DNA from: Lingula anatina
Lineage: Eukaryota; Animalia; Brachiopoda
DNA: 64,000 nt
Direction: 5' to 3'
NCBI GenBank assembly: GCA_051362555.1
Contig: CM120645.1
Span: forward strand, 19,840,001 to 19,904,000
The notes beneath the pieces are model-generated. The model had not been told where the DNA came from. It saw only the letters and a list, made by a program, of their open reading frames with translations, and did no database searches. Below, piece by piece: positions 12,162 through 24,721 of the stretch. Position 1 is the stretch's first letter; every line of letters starts with the position of its first letter. The position numbers were made by a program, and so were the translations under genes.

Positions 12162-13243
12162 TTAACCTGGTGTAACAAAACTGAGGGATCGTGTAACAGA
12201 AAGTCCGCCCTCCACTCTTGAAATTAGAAATTTGTCTAGCTGAATCATAGTTCTAAACCGTACCAAATGGAACTGTTTGCCCTCTAAAAGTACCAAAAAC
12301 CAAAATTTTATCAACGCCAAAAGAGGGGGGGGGGGGGGTCGGCTTCGCATCCGCGGACTCCACCTTCAAATAATCCTTTTTTGAAGTTGGTTAGGCGTAC
12401 TGAAATCTTTTTGACACGGAATTGGGAGCGATGTAAAAGTGCTTGGTGAATTTCACACAGATGAATTTTATAATCTGCAGGTGCATTTATTTGAAATACA
12501 AGTAATAAACGATCGAAATATAAGTTTACAAGACGGGTAAAGTGCGAGTGGCGTCCTATGTCCCAACTTGCTGCCCGTGTGTGGATGTAAACGGTATTAA
12601 GTCGTCTCGAAGTATGCAGAATTTTATATCTAAACAATAATTTTCTACTGAGGAAGAATAAAAAGTGTCCAATTTGGTATCGGCTCGAGTTATTCCCGGC
12701 TAAAAAAGTTCCGCAACACCGCAGTTTTATTTCCAAAAAAAAAAAAAATAATAATAAATAAATAATAATAATAAATAAATAAATTAAATTTAAAAATATC
12801 AACTTATCACCTGGACATTGCCTGATTTTATGGAAGACACTGGGGTGACAGAAATCGCCAAAACTTAAATTTAAGTAAGATAAGGGGCGATTGAATAGAA
12901 GATAATTTCGACTGATAATTAAACGAGCCGCGTGCACATCCATTAAAATCAATTCGCAAGTCTGGTGATTATTTTGCCATCTGTACAAGCCTTCCTCCTT
13001 TTAACAAAAAGAAAAATTAGAGAATAAAATTTTATTCAACTATTATATACAGTAACATTCAATTTTAAAAAGTACTGTAGTAATCATTATGAATTAAGTA
13101 AATGAAATGAATCAATGAACGTCGCATTATTTAAAGTTTAAAGATTTCCATTCCCGTCTTTATCATCTAACATCAGAACACATACAGTCCGATAATGTTG
13201 CTCTTGTGGTCGGAAGCTGGTACCCGATGTCTGCGGGCCTTGG

Positions 13244-13291
13244 GGGAAAAACCCGTCTAAACCCTTCGTGGGGAATGCCGGGAAAGTGCCC
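13244..13291. promoter_or_regulatory. Cluster of three NF-kB/Rel-like sites
   Basis: GGGAAAAACCC (13244), GGGGAATGCC (13270) and GGGAAAGTGCCC (13280) within 50 bp of otherwise AT-rich DNA. Motif match only. Confidence 0.3.
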
Positions 13292-16002
13292 ACGCCCGGA
13301 TACTTCAGTCTTTATAGCATGATAACTTAAGTTTTTTATTGGCACAGCGCCTTACAGTTCAAGAACATCGTCCCGTGGTGCAGCTGAATAAACTTTCTCT
13401 TGTGACTACAAACTTTTCTCTATATACACTATACTGGTACTCAAGATGAAGCACAAGAATTTGCCGAAGTAATTTCTACAGAAAGTGGTACTGAAGCCAA
13501 TTAAGACATTTACTAGAGTCTTAACACAATTAAACTGAGACTAATTTTAACTTTATCTAGGGGGATATGAAGTCGTGAATAAAGCGACTCAACCCAATTA
13601 CTGAAAGCATCCATCAAAACTCGAATATATATAGTTCTCTTTAATGATAAAATATATAAAAAATGGTAATATGATTATTACCCAGACACCTCAATGGTTT
13701 AAACTAAACTTTGACATATATAAACTTCTCAAATGTAATTTTGCTTTGCAATCGCAACTACCTGTATGATACAAGTAAAGAATAAAGCAAGCTTGCTTTG
13801 AAATATTTCAGATCTCACTTTACACTTGATGGCCGTCTATGTAAATTTCAATGCGAATTTTTTGATCCGGAGAAAAAAGTGCATATGTGATGAATTGGAT
13901 ATATTTGTCAACTATAACACTTGAGAAAATCATAACATTAGTAATATAAGTAATGTGCGATCCTCTATCTTGAGGGATGATTGTGTGCACCCAGCCATCC
14001 CTCACGAGGAGCAGACTGTGCAAAAATAAAATGAAATATTTTGCTCAAACGTAAAATATTTCTTTAAAGACTTTGCACAAGCTATCAATGTAAAACGTCT
14101 TCATGTAAAAGCATTTACATGAAGTCAGATTTTACAAAGATGTGAGGGTTAGTTGAGATTAGTGTGCGGATTATGATCTTCTCAAACGCTATACTGACGA
14201 ACAACTCCACATCATCAACAGCACAAATTTGAAAAATCACTACATCACTAAGATTGAAATAAAACACAACCGACCATAAGTGGTGGTAACACCAATGATT
14301 TGTGAGCAAAAACCTATCTGCATTTAGAATGTGGACAAAGCAACTGGATATTCAATAATTTTTTTTAAAATAATTATTATAATAACCGTAGAGACAGACA
14401 AGCTTTTCATACAAAACCACAATTCATCTTATCACTTATGATCATCTCATCACTTATGGAATTATGAATGATCATCCTGAACTTCATTTTTTTCCTAAGC
14501 TATTGAAATAAAACGTTTCGCTGTCATAGGTGAAAAAAATAAAAATTACTAAATGCAATTCAACTCATATCTGTGACCCATGAACCGCAAAAATTCTCAA
14601 TATCCAAAAGACCTGAGTATATTATTAGATTGTATTCCTCTTACATTCAGCATATCGCTCTTCATTGCCATTCCACATTCTCTATTTTTTTTTCAGACAA
14701 GCTGTGTACTTAAAAACCAAGACTGCTAGGACGTCCGATCATTAATGAAAGTGGCTACAGAGGCTCGTTGCTAGCGCCATTAAATGTTTCACATCTTGGA
14801 CATTTAGGCTAGGATTGGCGGTATCTATGTTCGGGCATTATTTCTGGAAAACTCCCCTTTCGTAGCCTACAAATGAAAGGTAACATGTTCACACAGTATC
14901 AAAAGCAATTGATATCTTATAATTGCAACAAAGAACATGCATGTCACTGGTATTTACACACCGTTAACACTAGTAAGTATTTTGATATTTCATAATGCTT
15001 TGCTTCTTTACATGATTATTTTATTTTATTTTATTTTACTTCTATAATACAACACAAGAAAACCACATTATGATTTAGCAGAGGGCTAAGATTCTACAAA
15101 AAGAAAGTGACTAGAAAATAAGAGGGATAAAGGAAGGCATATGAATCACAAAAGCGCCTATCGATCTAAACAATATAAACAGATGAAAATAAAAGCTCAC
15201 CTGCACGATGGCCTCTTAGTACCACAACCGCTGCACTGAGGGTGAGGTTGGGGGGGGGGGGGGAGGGCAGTAGCTCCTGGTATTCTAGACCAGTGACAAC
15301 GTCACGTGTGTCACATTGAGACTGATAAATATCTGAAAATTGGATTTCAAAATATTTTGTACCAGTGTTTCTTTTTGCAAGTTTGTGACAAATTGAAAGA
15401 GCTTTTGGATTCTAAAATGTCTGCTATATGAATTTCGGTGAGTAAATTGTAAATAGAAAACAAATGTCTACATTTAGTTACTAGACAACAGTTTCTAAAC
15501 AGTAATTTATAACAATTTTGTGTAAGATGTTGCACAAAATGTCCAGTTTGTTGAATTTGCCGTTGCATAAGATTTGTAATATCTGTAGAATGAATGACAA
15601 TTAAGTTCGTTGTTCACCCTCTACCCTGGCCCATAACTTACCTTAAAGGGTCCTAAATCACAGTGGTATCACAACTAGGCAAGGACTCTTGAAATCCCAT
15701 ATGGTGATATTGCTTTCTCCATTTTAACTTTGCAAAAGTGGACCATCATCAGGTTAGGCGATGCTATCTGCCCAACTTCAAAACAGAAATTTAGAAGACA
15801 TTAGTTTCCCCATTTACCTTTTCCCCCATACCCAACCCACTAATATTAAAACGTTCTTCACTCCAGAAGTGTGTCAAGGGGAAGATACACTGCCTTGTGA
15901 AAGTGAACTATGAAATTAATGTGGTTAAGGGCTTTATCTAAAAAAAATGTAAGATACGAAAAATTACTTTAGTGTATTATTCTCCGCAATTACACGAGTT
16001 AC

Positions 16003-16145
16003 CTTTTACGGCTTGAAAGATTTCCATTTCAGTAAAACACCCTATGCCTCTGATGTTCCCTCATGCAACCACCTTATAAACAGACCACGGCTGGAATCTT
16101 CTTACGAAAAGTGGGGGCTCTAGCAGGGCTTGCCATAATCGAATT
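16003..16145 (-). pseudogene. Diverged, internally deleted copy of the exon amplified at 17137-19473
   Basis: Minus strand TTTACAG|AATTCGATTATGGC...AGAGCCCCCACT...GTGGTCTGTTTATAAGGTGGTTGCA...AAG|GTAACTCG parallels the array exon and its leftmost donor AAG|GTAACCCG. Confidence 0.65.
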
Positions 16146-16580
16146 CTGTAAACAGAAAGGAAAAATATCATTAGTTTTATCTCCCTCCTTCAAAGTGCTA
16201 ACTTTAAAAAAGTGGTTTATCCCAAAAGTGTGATTAATGGCCGTGGGAAATTTTTTTTGCGGTCACAGTGGATTGTTTTATAACGGTGCATGGTTGAGAA
16301 TTATGATTAGATGTTTTCAATAAATCTGGATTTACTTCAACGCTTTAAGGTATGAACAAAAGTGAATTCTTGTCTAGTTTGTTTAATTTTCATTAATTGT
16401 GTATGGAAATCAACCTGCGGCGTTAGCTTTTTATTAGAAGAACGAAATTGCTATCATTTGATACCAGTAATAACTGTGGATTGCTCCATTTTAATCCTTT
16501 TCGTCTAAAATTAAAAACAAACTTAAAAAAAAATTTACATGAAACCCACATCAATGATCTTAATGAGTAGCAGTTCGTAC

Positions 16581-16745
16581 CTGTGCCATGTTGACTTCAC
16601 CAAACTGTGAAAAGTAAGCCTTCAAGTCAGCTTCTTTGCTTTTCCAAAGCAAACCCAGCACTATCAGGTCACTGCACTTCTTGCTGTCCAGCCAATTTGT
16701 TTTCACTTTGCGATTTTCCAGGGTCTCATCTCCTTTTTTTGTTCT
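16581..16745 (-). pseudogene. TARDBP: Orphan TDP-43 exon (NLS region plus start of RRM1), frameshifted
   Basis: TAG|...CAG|GTACG bounded segment encoding [55 protein letters not shown], matching TDP-43 (DNKRKMDE...[31 protein letters not shown]). The A7 run shifts the frame, and LPW has become LLW. No other TDP-43 exons seen. Confidence 0.85.
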
Positions 16746-17136
16746 CTACAACGGTAACATTTCCCAATTATTATTATTAAGACAGTTTATTAAGTTACCA
16801 ACCCTTTGTTACATCACTATTTCTATAATTTTCTGTGTAATCAATGACTGTGACATACTAATTATTGTTTGGACCATTAGATCTTTTGATTTGATTTAAT
16901 TTTTAATGTAACTGTTACGTCATTATTCTAAAAATGTCAAGGTCTTGTTAATAATAACATTAAAATGCAATCCAGTCAAGCTGTATTGAAATTTGTATAC
17001 GGACCAGTGAATCCTTGTTCAGACCAACAGATTTTAGGAAAGTTGAAGTACGAGTGGTCAGTAAGGTTAAAAGCTTATGGCAAAGACTGCAAATAAATAA
17101 TATAAGTTTATTTCTCTCCCAAATAACGCGGGTTAC

Positions 17137-19519
17137 CTTTAAGGGTTTTTCATCTCAGTGAAACACCATATGCCTTGGACGCTTCCCCAATGCATCCACC
17201 TCGTAGACGGACCATGGCAGGACTCGGTGGACGCTTCCCCAATGCAGCCACCTCGTAGACGGACCATGGCAGGACTCGCTGGACGCTTCCCTAATGCAGC
17301 CACCTCGTAGACGGACCATGGCAGGACTCAGTGGACGCTTCCCCAATGCAGCCACCTCGTAGACGGACCATTGCAGGACTCGCTGGACGCTTCCACAATG
17401 CAGCCACCTCGTAGACGGACCATGGTAGGACTCGCTGGAGGCTTCCCCAATGCAGCCACCTCGTAGACAGACCATGGCAGGACTCGCTGGACGCTTCCCC
17501 AATGCAGCCACCTCGTAGACGGACCATGGCAGGACTCGCTGGACGCTTCCCTAATGCAGCCACCTCGTAGACGGACCATGGCAGGACTCAGTGGACGCTT
17601 CCCCAATGCAGCCACCTCGTAGACGGACCATTGCAGGACTCGCTGGACGCTTCCACAATGCAGCCACCTCGTAGACGGACCATGGTAGGACTCGCTGGAG
17701 GCTTCCCCAATGCAGCCACCTCGTAGACGGACCATGGCAGGACTCGCTGGACGCTTCCCCAATGCAGCCACCTCGTAGACGGACCATGGTAGGACTCGCT
17801 GGCACCAAGGATTGGTCGAATTAGCTGAAGTGAAGATGTGGGTCCTCTTCTCCTTGCAGTTGTTTGTGGGAGCTCTATCGAGAATCGCCAGAATCAACTC
17901 CTGTTAACAGAATGAAAAACGGATTAATGACTTTTCCTACCTACGTCAGCACTCTGCAGACAGGCTTACCTTTAAGATTTCCATCTCTATGAAACACCAT
18001 ATGCCTTGGGTGCTTCCCCAGTGCAGCCACCTCGTAGACAGACCATGGCAGGACTCGCTGGCCGCTTTCCCAGTGCAGCCACCTCGTAGACAGACCATGG
18101 CAGGACTCGCTGAAGGATTCCCCCGTGCAGCCACCTCGTAGACAGACCACAGGACTCAGTGGACGCTTCCCCAATGCAGCCACCTCGTAGACAGACCATG
18201 GTAGGACTTGCTGGCACCAAGGATTGGTCGAATTAGATGAAGTGTGGATGTGGGCCCTCTTCTCCTTGCAGTTGTCAGTGGGAGCTCTATCGAGAATCGC
18301 CAAAATCGAATCCTGTTAACAGAAAGAAAAACGGATTAATGACTTTTCCTACCTATGCCAGCACTCTGCAGACAGGCTTACCTTTAATTGGTTTCCATCT
18401 CACTGAAACACCATATGCCTTGGATGCTTCCCCAGTGCAACCACCTCGTAGACGGACCGTGGCAGGACTCGCTGGACGCTTCCCCAATGCAGCCACCTCG
18501 TAGACGGACCATGGCAGGACTCGCTGGACGCTTCCCCAATGCAGCCACCTCGTAGACGGACCACGGCAGGACTCGCTGGCACCAAGGATTGGATCCTGTT
18601 GACGGAAAGAAAAACGGATTAATGACTTTTCCTACCTATGTCAGCACTCTGGATACAGGCTTACCTTTAATGGATTTCCATCTCATTGAAACACCATATG
18701 CCTTGGATGTTTCCCCAATGCAGCCACCTCGTAGACGGACCATGGCAGGACTCGCTGGACGCTTCCCCAATGCAGCCACCTTGTAGACAGACCATGGCAG
18801 GAATCGCTGGCACCAAGGATTGGTCGAATAAGCTGAAGTGTAGATGTGGGCACTGAAACACCATATGCCTTGGATGCTTCCCCAGTGCAACCACCTCGTA
18901 GACGGACCGTGGCAGGACTCGCTGGACGCTTCCCCAATGCAGCCACTTCGTAGACGGACCATGGCAGGACTCGCTGGACGCTTCCCCAATGCAGCCACCT
19001 CGTAGACGGACCACGGCAGGACTCGCTGGCACCAAGGATTGGATCCTGTTGACGGAAAGAAAAACGGATTAATGACTTTTCCTACCTATGTCAGCACTCT
19101 GGATACAGGCTTACCTTTAAGGGGTTTCGATCTCATTGAAACACCACATGCCTTGGATGCTTCCCCAGTGCAGCCACCTCGTAGACAGACCATGGCAGGA
19201 CTCGCTGGCACCAAGGATTGGATCCTGTTAACAGAAAGAAAAACAGATTAATGAATTTTCCTACCTATGTTAGCACTCTATAATCGGGCTTACCTTTAAT
19301 TGGTTTCCATCTCTTTGGAACACCACATGCCACAGTGCAGGCACCTTGCAGACAGACCATGACGGGACTTGCTGGGACCAAGGATTGGTCTAAGTAGCTG
19401 AAGTGTAGATGTGGGCTCTCTTCTCCTTGCAGTTGTCAGTGGGAGCTCTACCGAGAATCGCCATAATCGAATCCTGTTAACAGAAAGAAAAACGGATTAG
19501 TGACTTTTCCTACCTATGT
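17137..19519 (-). repeat. Compound tandem array: six exon-like units separated by five 69-bp GT-AG intron-like spacers, with nested 52-bp minisatellite
   Basis: Spacers 17901-17969, 18313-18381, 18596-18664, 19046-19114 and 19225-19293 read GTAAGC...TTTTCTTTCTGTTAACAG (or close variants) on the minus strand. The 52-bp unit has about 12 copies in 17180-17803 with a 260-bp higher-order period. Confidence 0.9.
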
Positions 19520-21464
19520 ATATAATAAGTAGAAACCTGGAATGCATGGAAATATATGCAACGACACTACAATAAAGCAGCCCACAACAGCAGAAAGCCG
19601 GTGATGTATCCTGCGAAGATTCCTGAGCGACGATTCCTCGTGGAAAGAAGCGAAGGTTTTAGCTGGCCAGCTTAGAGAAACGTCGAATCCACCGTCCAGA
19701 TGACTGCGTGTGTAAGAAATAATATGTCGATGAGCGATGCGATGACTTGGGATGAGGAAAAGATTCGGAGAAATGTGAGTTGACTCCTGTGTCCTTTTTG
19801 CTTGATACGGGGCGCAGTACATGGCATCCTTCTTGTTGCTCCAGAGTTGTCTGCGTTGAATGAACGAATTTTCAAAATTCCGCGCTTTTATGCTTTCAGT
19901 GATGTATAGTCACATGGTGGCGTTCCAGTTGTCATCAGTGATCAACTTGTTCATAGGGGATGGCGTTTGATACTGATGCCCATATTTGATTATAATATCT
20001 TATTAACATGAGCATTCCATTAACTATTTTTGTTTTGATTGTTTTGTTTATCATTTTATTTTATAATAAGAGTAATAAGCACTAAGTAGTGACTTCGAAA
20101 TGTACAGGCAAATTTGATGAAAATTTCTGAGCAATATACTTTCTCCCCAAAATTATAATGGACACTATGTCGGTTAAACTGGAACAGGTAGACGTGAACT
20201 TCTCACACGCCACAATGGTACGTGCGTATTCGAACACTGATCCAAAATGTGGATGATGTAATAGGTTGTGAGTGACTGCATTTTCGAGGCATCCCAGGGA
20301 GCATGATTGTTTTGGTTGTAGTAAATTGTAGTGAGTCGATTGAAAGTACACTGGGCCTAGCAGGTACAGCCACAACATACTTTGAAATACATGTTGTAAT
20401 CAACCGACTTGTTATTCTGAGAAATGAAAAACAAGTTATTGCGTTTTTACGAAACTAAAGAAAGTAGCAGTAGGTCAGATGAAAAATATTGATTTACTTA
20501 TACCAGGCAGTAGAAACAAATGCATATTTTTTATATAAAGCGTCTACTGATATAGGTAATGACTTTCTCATTTATGCGTTTACTTTATCCCCTTAAACCT
20601 CAGTTGAAAAATGCACTAATACACGTTTTATCATTGTTTTAAGTCTGAGTGGTCACTGGCATCTTTTCACATCTCCCTGGCGATCACACCAACCTAAGTT
20701 GTCGAACACTAGAGCTTACATGTTAATAAGTCAATTGCTTATTATCAGTGTTTTCATGACCAGGCACACAACAGCTCCATTTGTGTGTTTGTTTGTTTTT
20801 TTTTTTTTTTTTTTCAGTGAGGTGGTCTTTGACTTGACCCTCCTTGAAAATCGGGACTTGCTTCGCCTGCCTTCTCCATATATATGTCCATTTAACATTT
20901 TAAAAAATTTCATTAGGAATTATCGAGAGAAAAAATGTATGTCCAAGCGAAAAGATGTACTGCGATACCCGAGCGTTCATGTTTGTAAATATCCCATATA
21001 TTAAATAACAAAAGTACCTCTAGACAATGATGGCTTACTTCAATTACAGTAATAAGAGATAACAGACAGTTATAGCCGTTTATATTTTACATGTTTTTTT
21101 AATTAATGAAATGTTAACAATGAAGAGTATTGATGTTATGGATATTGAACATGAGAAGTGCAGTCGATCACCCAGAGTTTCAGAGACAACTAGCGAGTTT
21201 TATTCTGTAAGTTTAAGTAACACTCTGAGAACCACAGGTCGGTCCAAACTCTTCTATTATCAGGATTATCGCATCCGCGGACCCCCTTCTAATAATCCTG
21301 GATCCGCCCCTGCATCCATGGGAGCATTGGTTTTAAGGGGAGATAAGTATAGTCTTCTCTTTCTGATGTGTCGACCAAAATGAAGAAATGTCAATGGCTT
21401 TTACTATTTAATAACCTCCATTGGCTTTCTCCTGACGTTGTGCAACACATGGCGTTGTTCAAAA

Positions 21465-21862
21465 TTATTACCTCCGGCAAGGAGGTTATGTTTTTGGTTC
21501 AGTTAATTTGTCTGTCTGTCTGTCTATCTGTCTGTTAGCAACATTGCAGAAAAAGTTATGGACCGATTTTGATGAAATTTTCAGGGACTGTCAGAAGTGG
21601 GCCAAGGAACAGATGATTAGTTTTGGTGGTGATCAGGTCAATAATCAATCAATAATTAAAAATAAAAAACTAAGTTATGGACCGATTTTGATGAAATTTT
21701 CTGGAACTGTCAGAAGTGGGCCAAGGAACGGATCATTAATCAATCAATAATCATAAATAAAAAAAACTAAATCAATATAGAATGAAAATTTAGGGGTGAA
21801 ACGGCGTTGGGTGAAGACTTTGCTGCCCTGGCGGAGGTCTGCGCTCTCGGAGTGCTTTCTAG
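21465..21862 (+). mobile_element. Non-autonomous Helentron/Helitron-type element (HINE/DINE-like)
   Basis: 5' ACCTCCGGCA complementary to 3' TGGCGGAGGT, (CTGT)n microsatellite, internal duplication of about 118 bp, 3' hairpin GCGCTCTCGGAGTGC then CTAG|T. Related copy near 60590-61090. Confidence 0.75.
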
Positions 21863-22650
21863 TTATAGATAGGCCCCAAAGATTACGTGCATTGCATTTC
21901 TTGTTGATAGTCCGGTTGGTAAGCTTACGATTGCATGATATAAATTTCAAAATAAAACAGAGAGGTAATTTGGTTTCAAAGGAACTGTGTAGTCCGTGTG
22001 GAGTTTATTCTCGTTGAAAAGTGTTTAAACTTTTATTCAAAAATAGAGAGTCAGGAAATGAGTTTTTACACCAATATAATGTACCAATATAATGTGTTTG
22101 TGTGACGGGTAAGAGTTTCCAGACCATTTATTTGGTGAAGACAATGCCCTTTATAGCGATAGAAATATTTCACGCACACAAAATGACAAAAACTGTCGTT
22201 AAATTAAAAAAATCTAGTTTTTGCATTTTTCTTCCTCCCAATCCTTTGGAAGAGATTTTCTTGTACTACAGTCAGTAAGCGTCTCAAAGCCATTGAGGAG
22301 GTACAAGTAACTTTGTTCTGTGGCAGATCATAGGTCATGGCAGAGCAGGTACAAGCCCCTCCCTATTAATGAAACAAGGGAACATCGACCAAATTTTCAT
22401 CCTTGAGCCGGACATGCTGAAGTCAAAATGTCCTTGTCCACCGTTTTATATTTGCTGAACAAACTGATTCAAGATCTTTCACCTATTTTTTCCATAAATA
22501 CCTCTTGAAAATAATAATGATTAAGCAAGGTTAATTTTAATATTGATTTATTTCTTTATATAACAATCTTATACCATTTAATGTGTAATTAATTGTATTT
22601 GCATTGATTTGAATTTGGCTACACATTTCATGCCCCATTTTTAACATATT

Positions 22651-22682
<32 letters not shown>

Positions 22683-23186
22683 CACACTCCCGGAAGGAAT
22701 GAAACATATATAGTTATTCTTGAGGGTTCCATGGGAAACTTGAAGAAGTTACATTGCGCAGGCTAAAACAGCCTATAAAACAACAAAATTCACATTTATC
22801 CCTGTTATAACTTAAAAATAAATTTTAAGCATAAATATTACTGACCATTATAACAATAAATCTCATTTGACAGAAAAATCATCAAATCACTGTCGATACC
22901 TTTAGACCATTTTAGTATTTTGAGAATTAAAAATATGAAAGAGAAACCATTCATTAATTAATCACAGGTGCTTTTATCTCTAAACACTTGAAAACTCTTT
23001 TACATTACTTGCCACTGTCATACATAACCTGATATCATATTTCTAAAGTCCCCACAAATACAGTACGCTGAACTTTATAATTTCTTTAATAATCATCAAA
23101 AAGCTTTTAAATAGCACACTGACAGGCACATTTAAAAATCAGGAATAATTATCAATAAATTATTCATAACAAAACAAGACATATCA

Positions 23187-24669
23187 CTACTTTAACAACT
23201 GACACAGCTCCTCAGGGGTAACATTGCCCCCTGTCAACACAACAACCACATTTTTTCCCTGGAAGTCTGGGACTTTTCCTGCCATTAAGGCTGCAAAAGC
23301 AGCCGCACCTGAGGGTTCCACTTTTAATCCGGCATTATACAGTGCTGCCACAGCAGCAACGATTTCTTCATCTGTCACTAAAAGGATTTCTTCAACAAAC
23401 TGTTTACAAAGCCTGTATGTGATTTTACCTGAAATATATCAATTCGTGTGTGTACTCTCTGTAGTATCGCCAATTAATTTTGCTTCTTGTAAGACATAAA
23501 TGCATGCAAATGTTTTTATTCTCATATTATCACACTATCAAATTAGATATAATTAAGGAGTTTCAACACATTTTATCTTATTTTTCCATACAAAATATAG
23601 TATATTAAATAGACTAGATCTTCAACAATTGTTTTCTGCATTCACGTTTCCAGGTTGTTTACATTAAAATTAGACGGTTGAGGCTAGATTGAAGTGCGAG
23701 AGGACTAATGCAGATGAAAATTTCGGTCTACAATTTGACATAACTTTTAGTCCAAGTTCTTTAGAATTCAAAATGCACAGAAATGAGATCCAGAATCACT
23801 TCATCAGTTTTAACACTCATTTAATACATACCCGCATATGGAGGGGCCAGACCAGCTGCTACAGTTTTGATATTTGAATTATTTGCTGGATACCCCATCT
23901 TAAAACTGTCATACATGGTACATGCTACAATGAAATTGAACATTATACATATTGAATGATAAAAGTTTTTTCTGAGAGATTTAGTGAAACTCGATATTTC
24001 AATATATGTGACAAATTCTTCATAGAACAAATCAACTTGCTAAACACAATGTGTAGTGATACAATGTTTCAGCTTTCTTTTCTTTTATTACAAAATGCAC
24101 TGAAAAGGTTTTATTTATGAATAGGCAAAACTGTCATAGTTTAGGAACAGGGCTTTTTCAATACCTCAAATTTTAGATCACTTAAGGCATTGAAACTTTC
24201 CTCATTATATTCAATCATGAAATAATGATAATTATATCATTCTTAGTACTGAAGATACAAAATTATTAAATCATTACCTCCTACAGGTTCGACTGCATAA
24301 ACTCTACAATCTGGTGCTCCGCAGAATTTAATGGCAGCAGCTGTTCCAGCAACCAGCCCTCCTCCCCCACAGCACACCAGAACAATATTGGGTTTCTCTG
24401 GAGACAGGTCGGCTAGGATTTCAATGCCTAAGCTGAAAGAAACCATGAAAGACCAGGAAGGAGGGAAAAATGAATTTTTCCCAGAATACCAGTACTTATA
24501 ACACTATCCTCTCTACTTCAGGTCTCAGTCAATAATGAACATTTGACCAACAGGTACAGTATTGTATCACCTTTAATTCTTGAGCCAATTATATGTATGC
24601 TGTTAATCACTATATGCCAAATTAATTTCTTTGTCCTTTGACAAATAAATGAATAACGTGCATTAGTGC

Positions 24670-24721
<52 letters not shown>

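Noticed and set aside
12311-12988. Longest ORF in the track (225 aa)
   Set aside because: It has a non-ATG start, runs through poly-T/ATT and poly-C simple sequence, and shows no recognisable domain.
17160-19400. CRISPR-like array, or a family of small proteins from the many overlapping ORFs
   Set aside because: There are no unique spacers or cas genes and the context is eukaryotic. The ORFs arise from a stop-free 52-bp unit.
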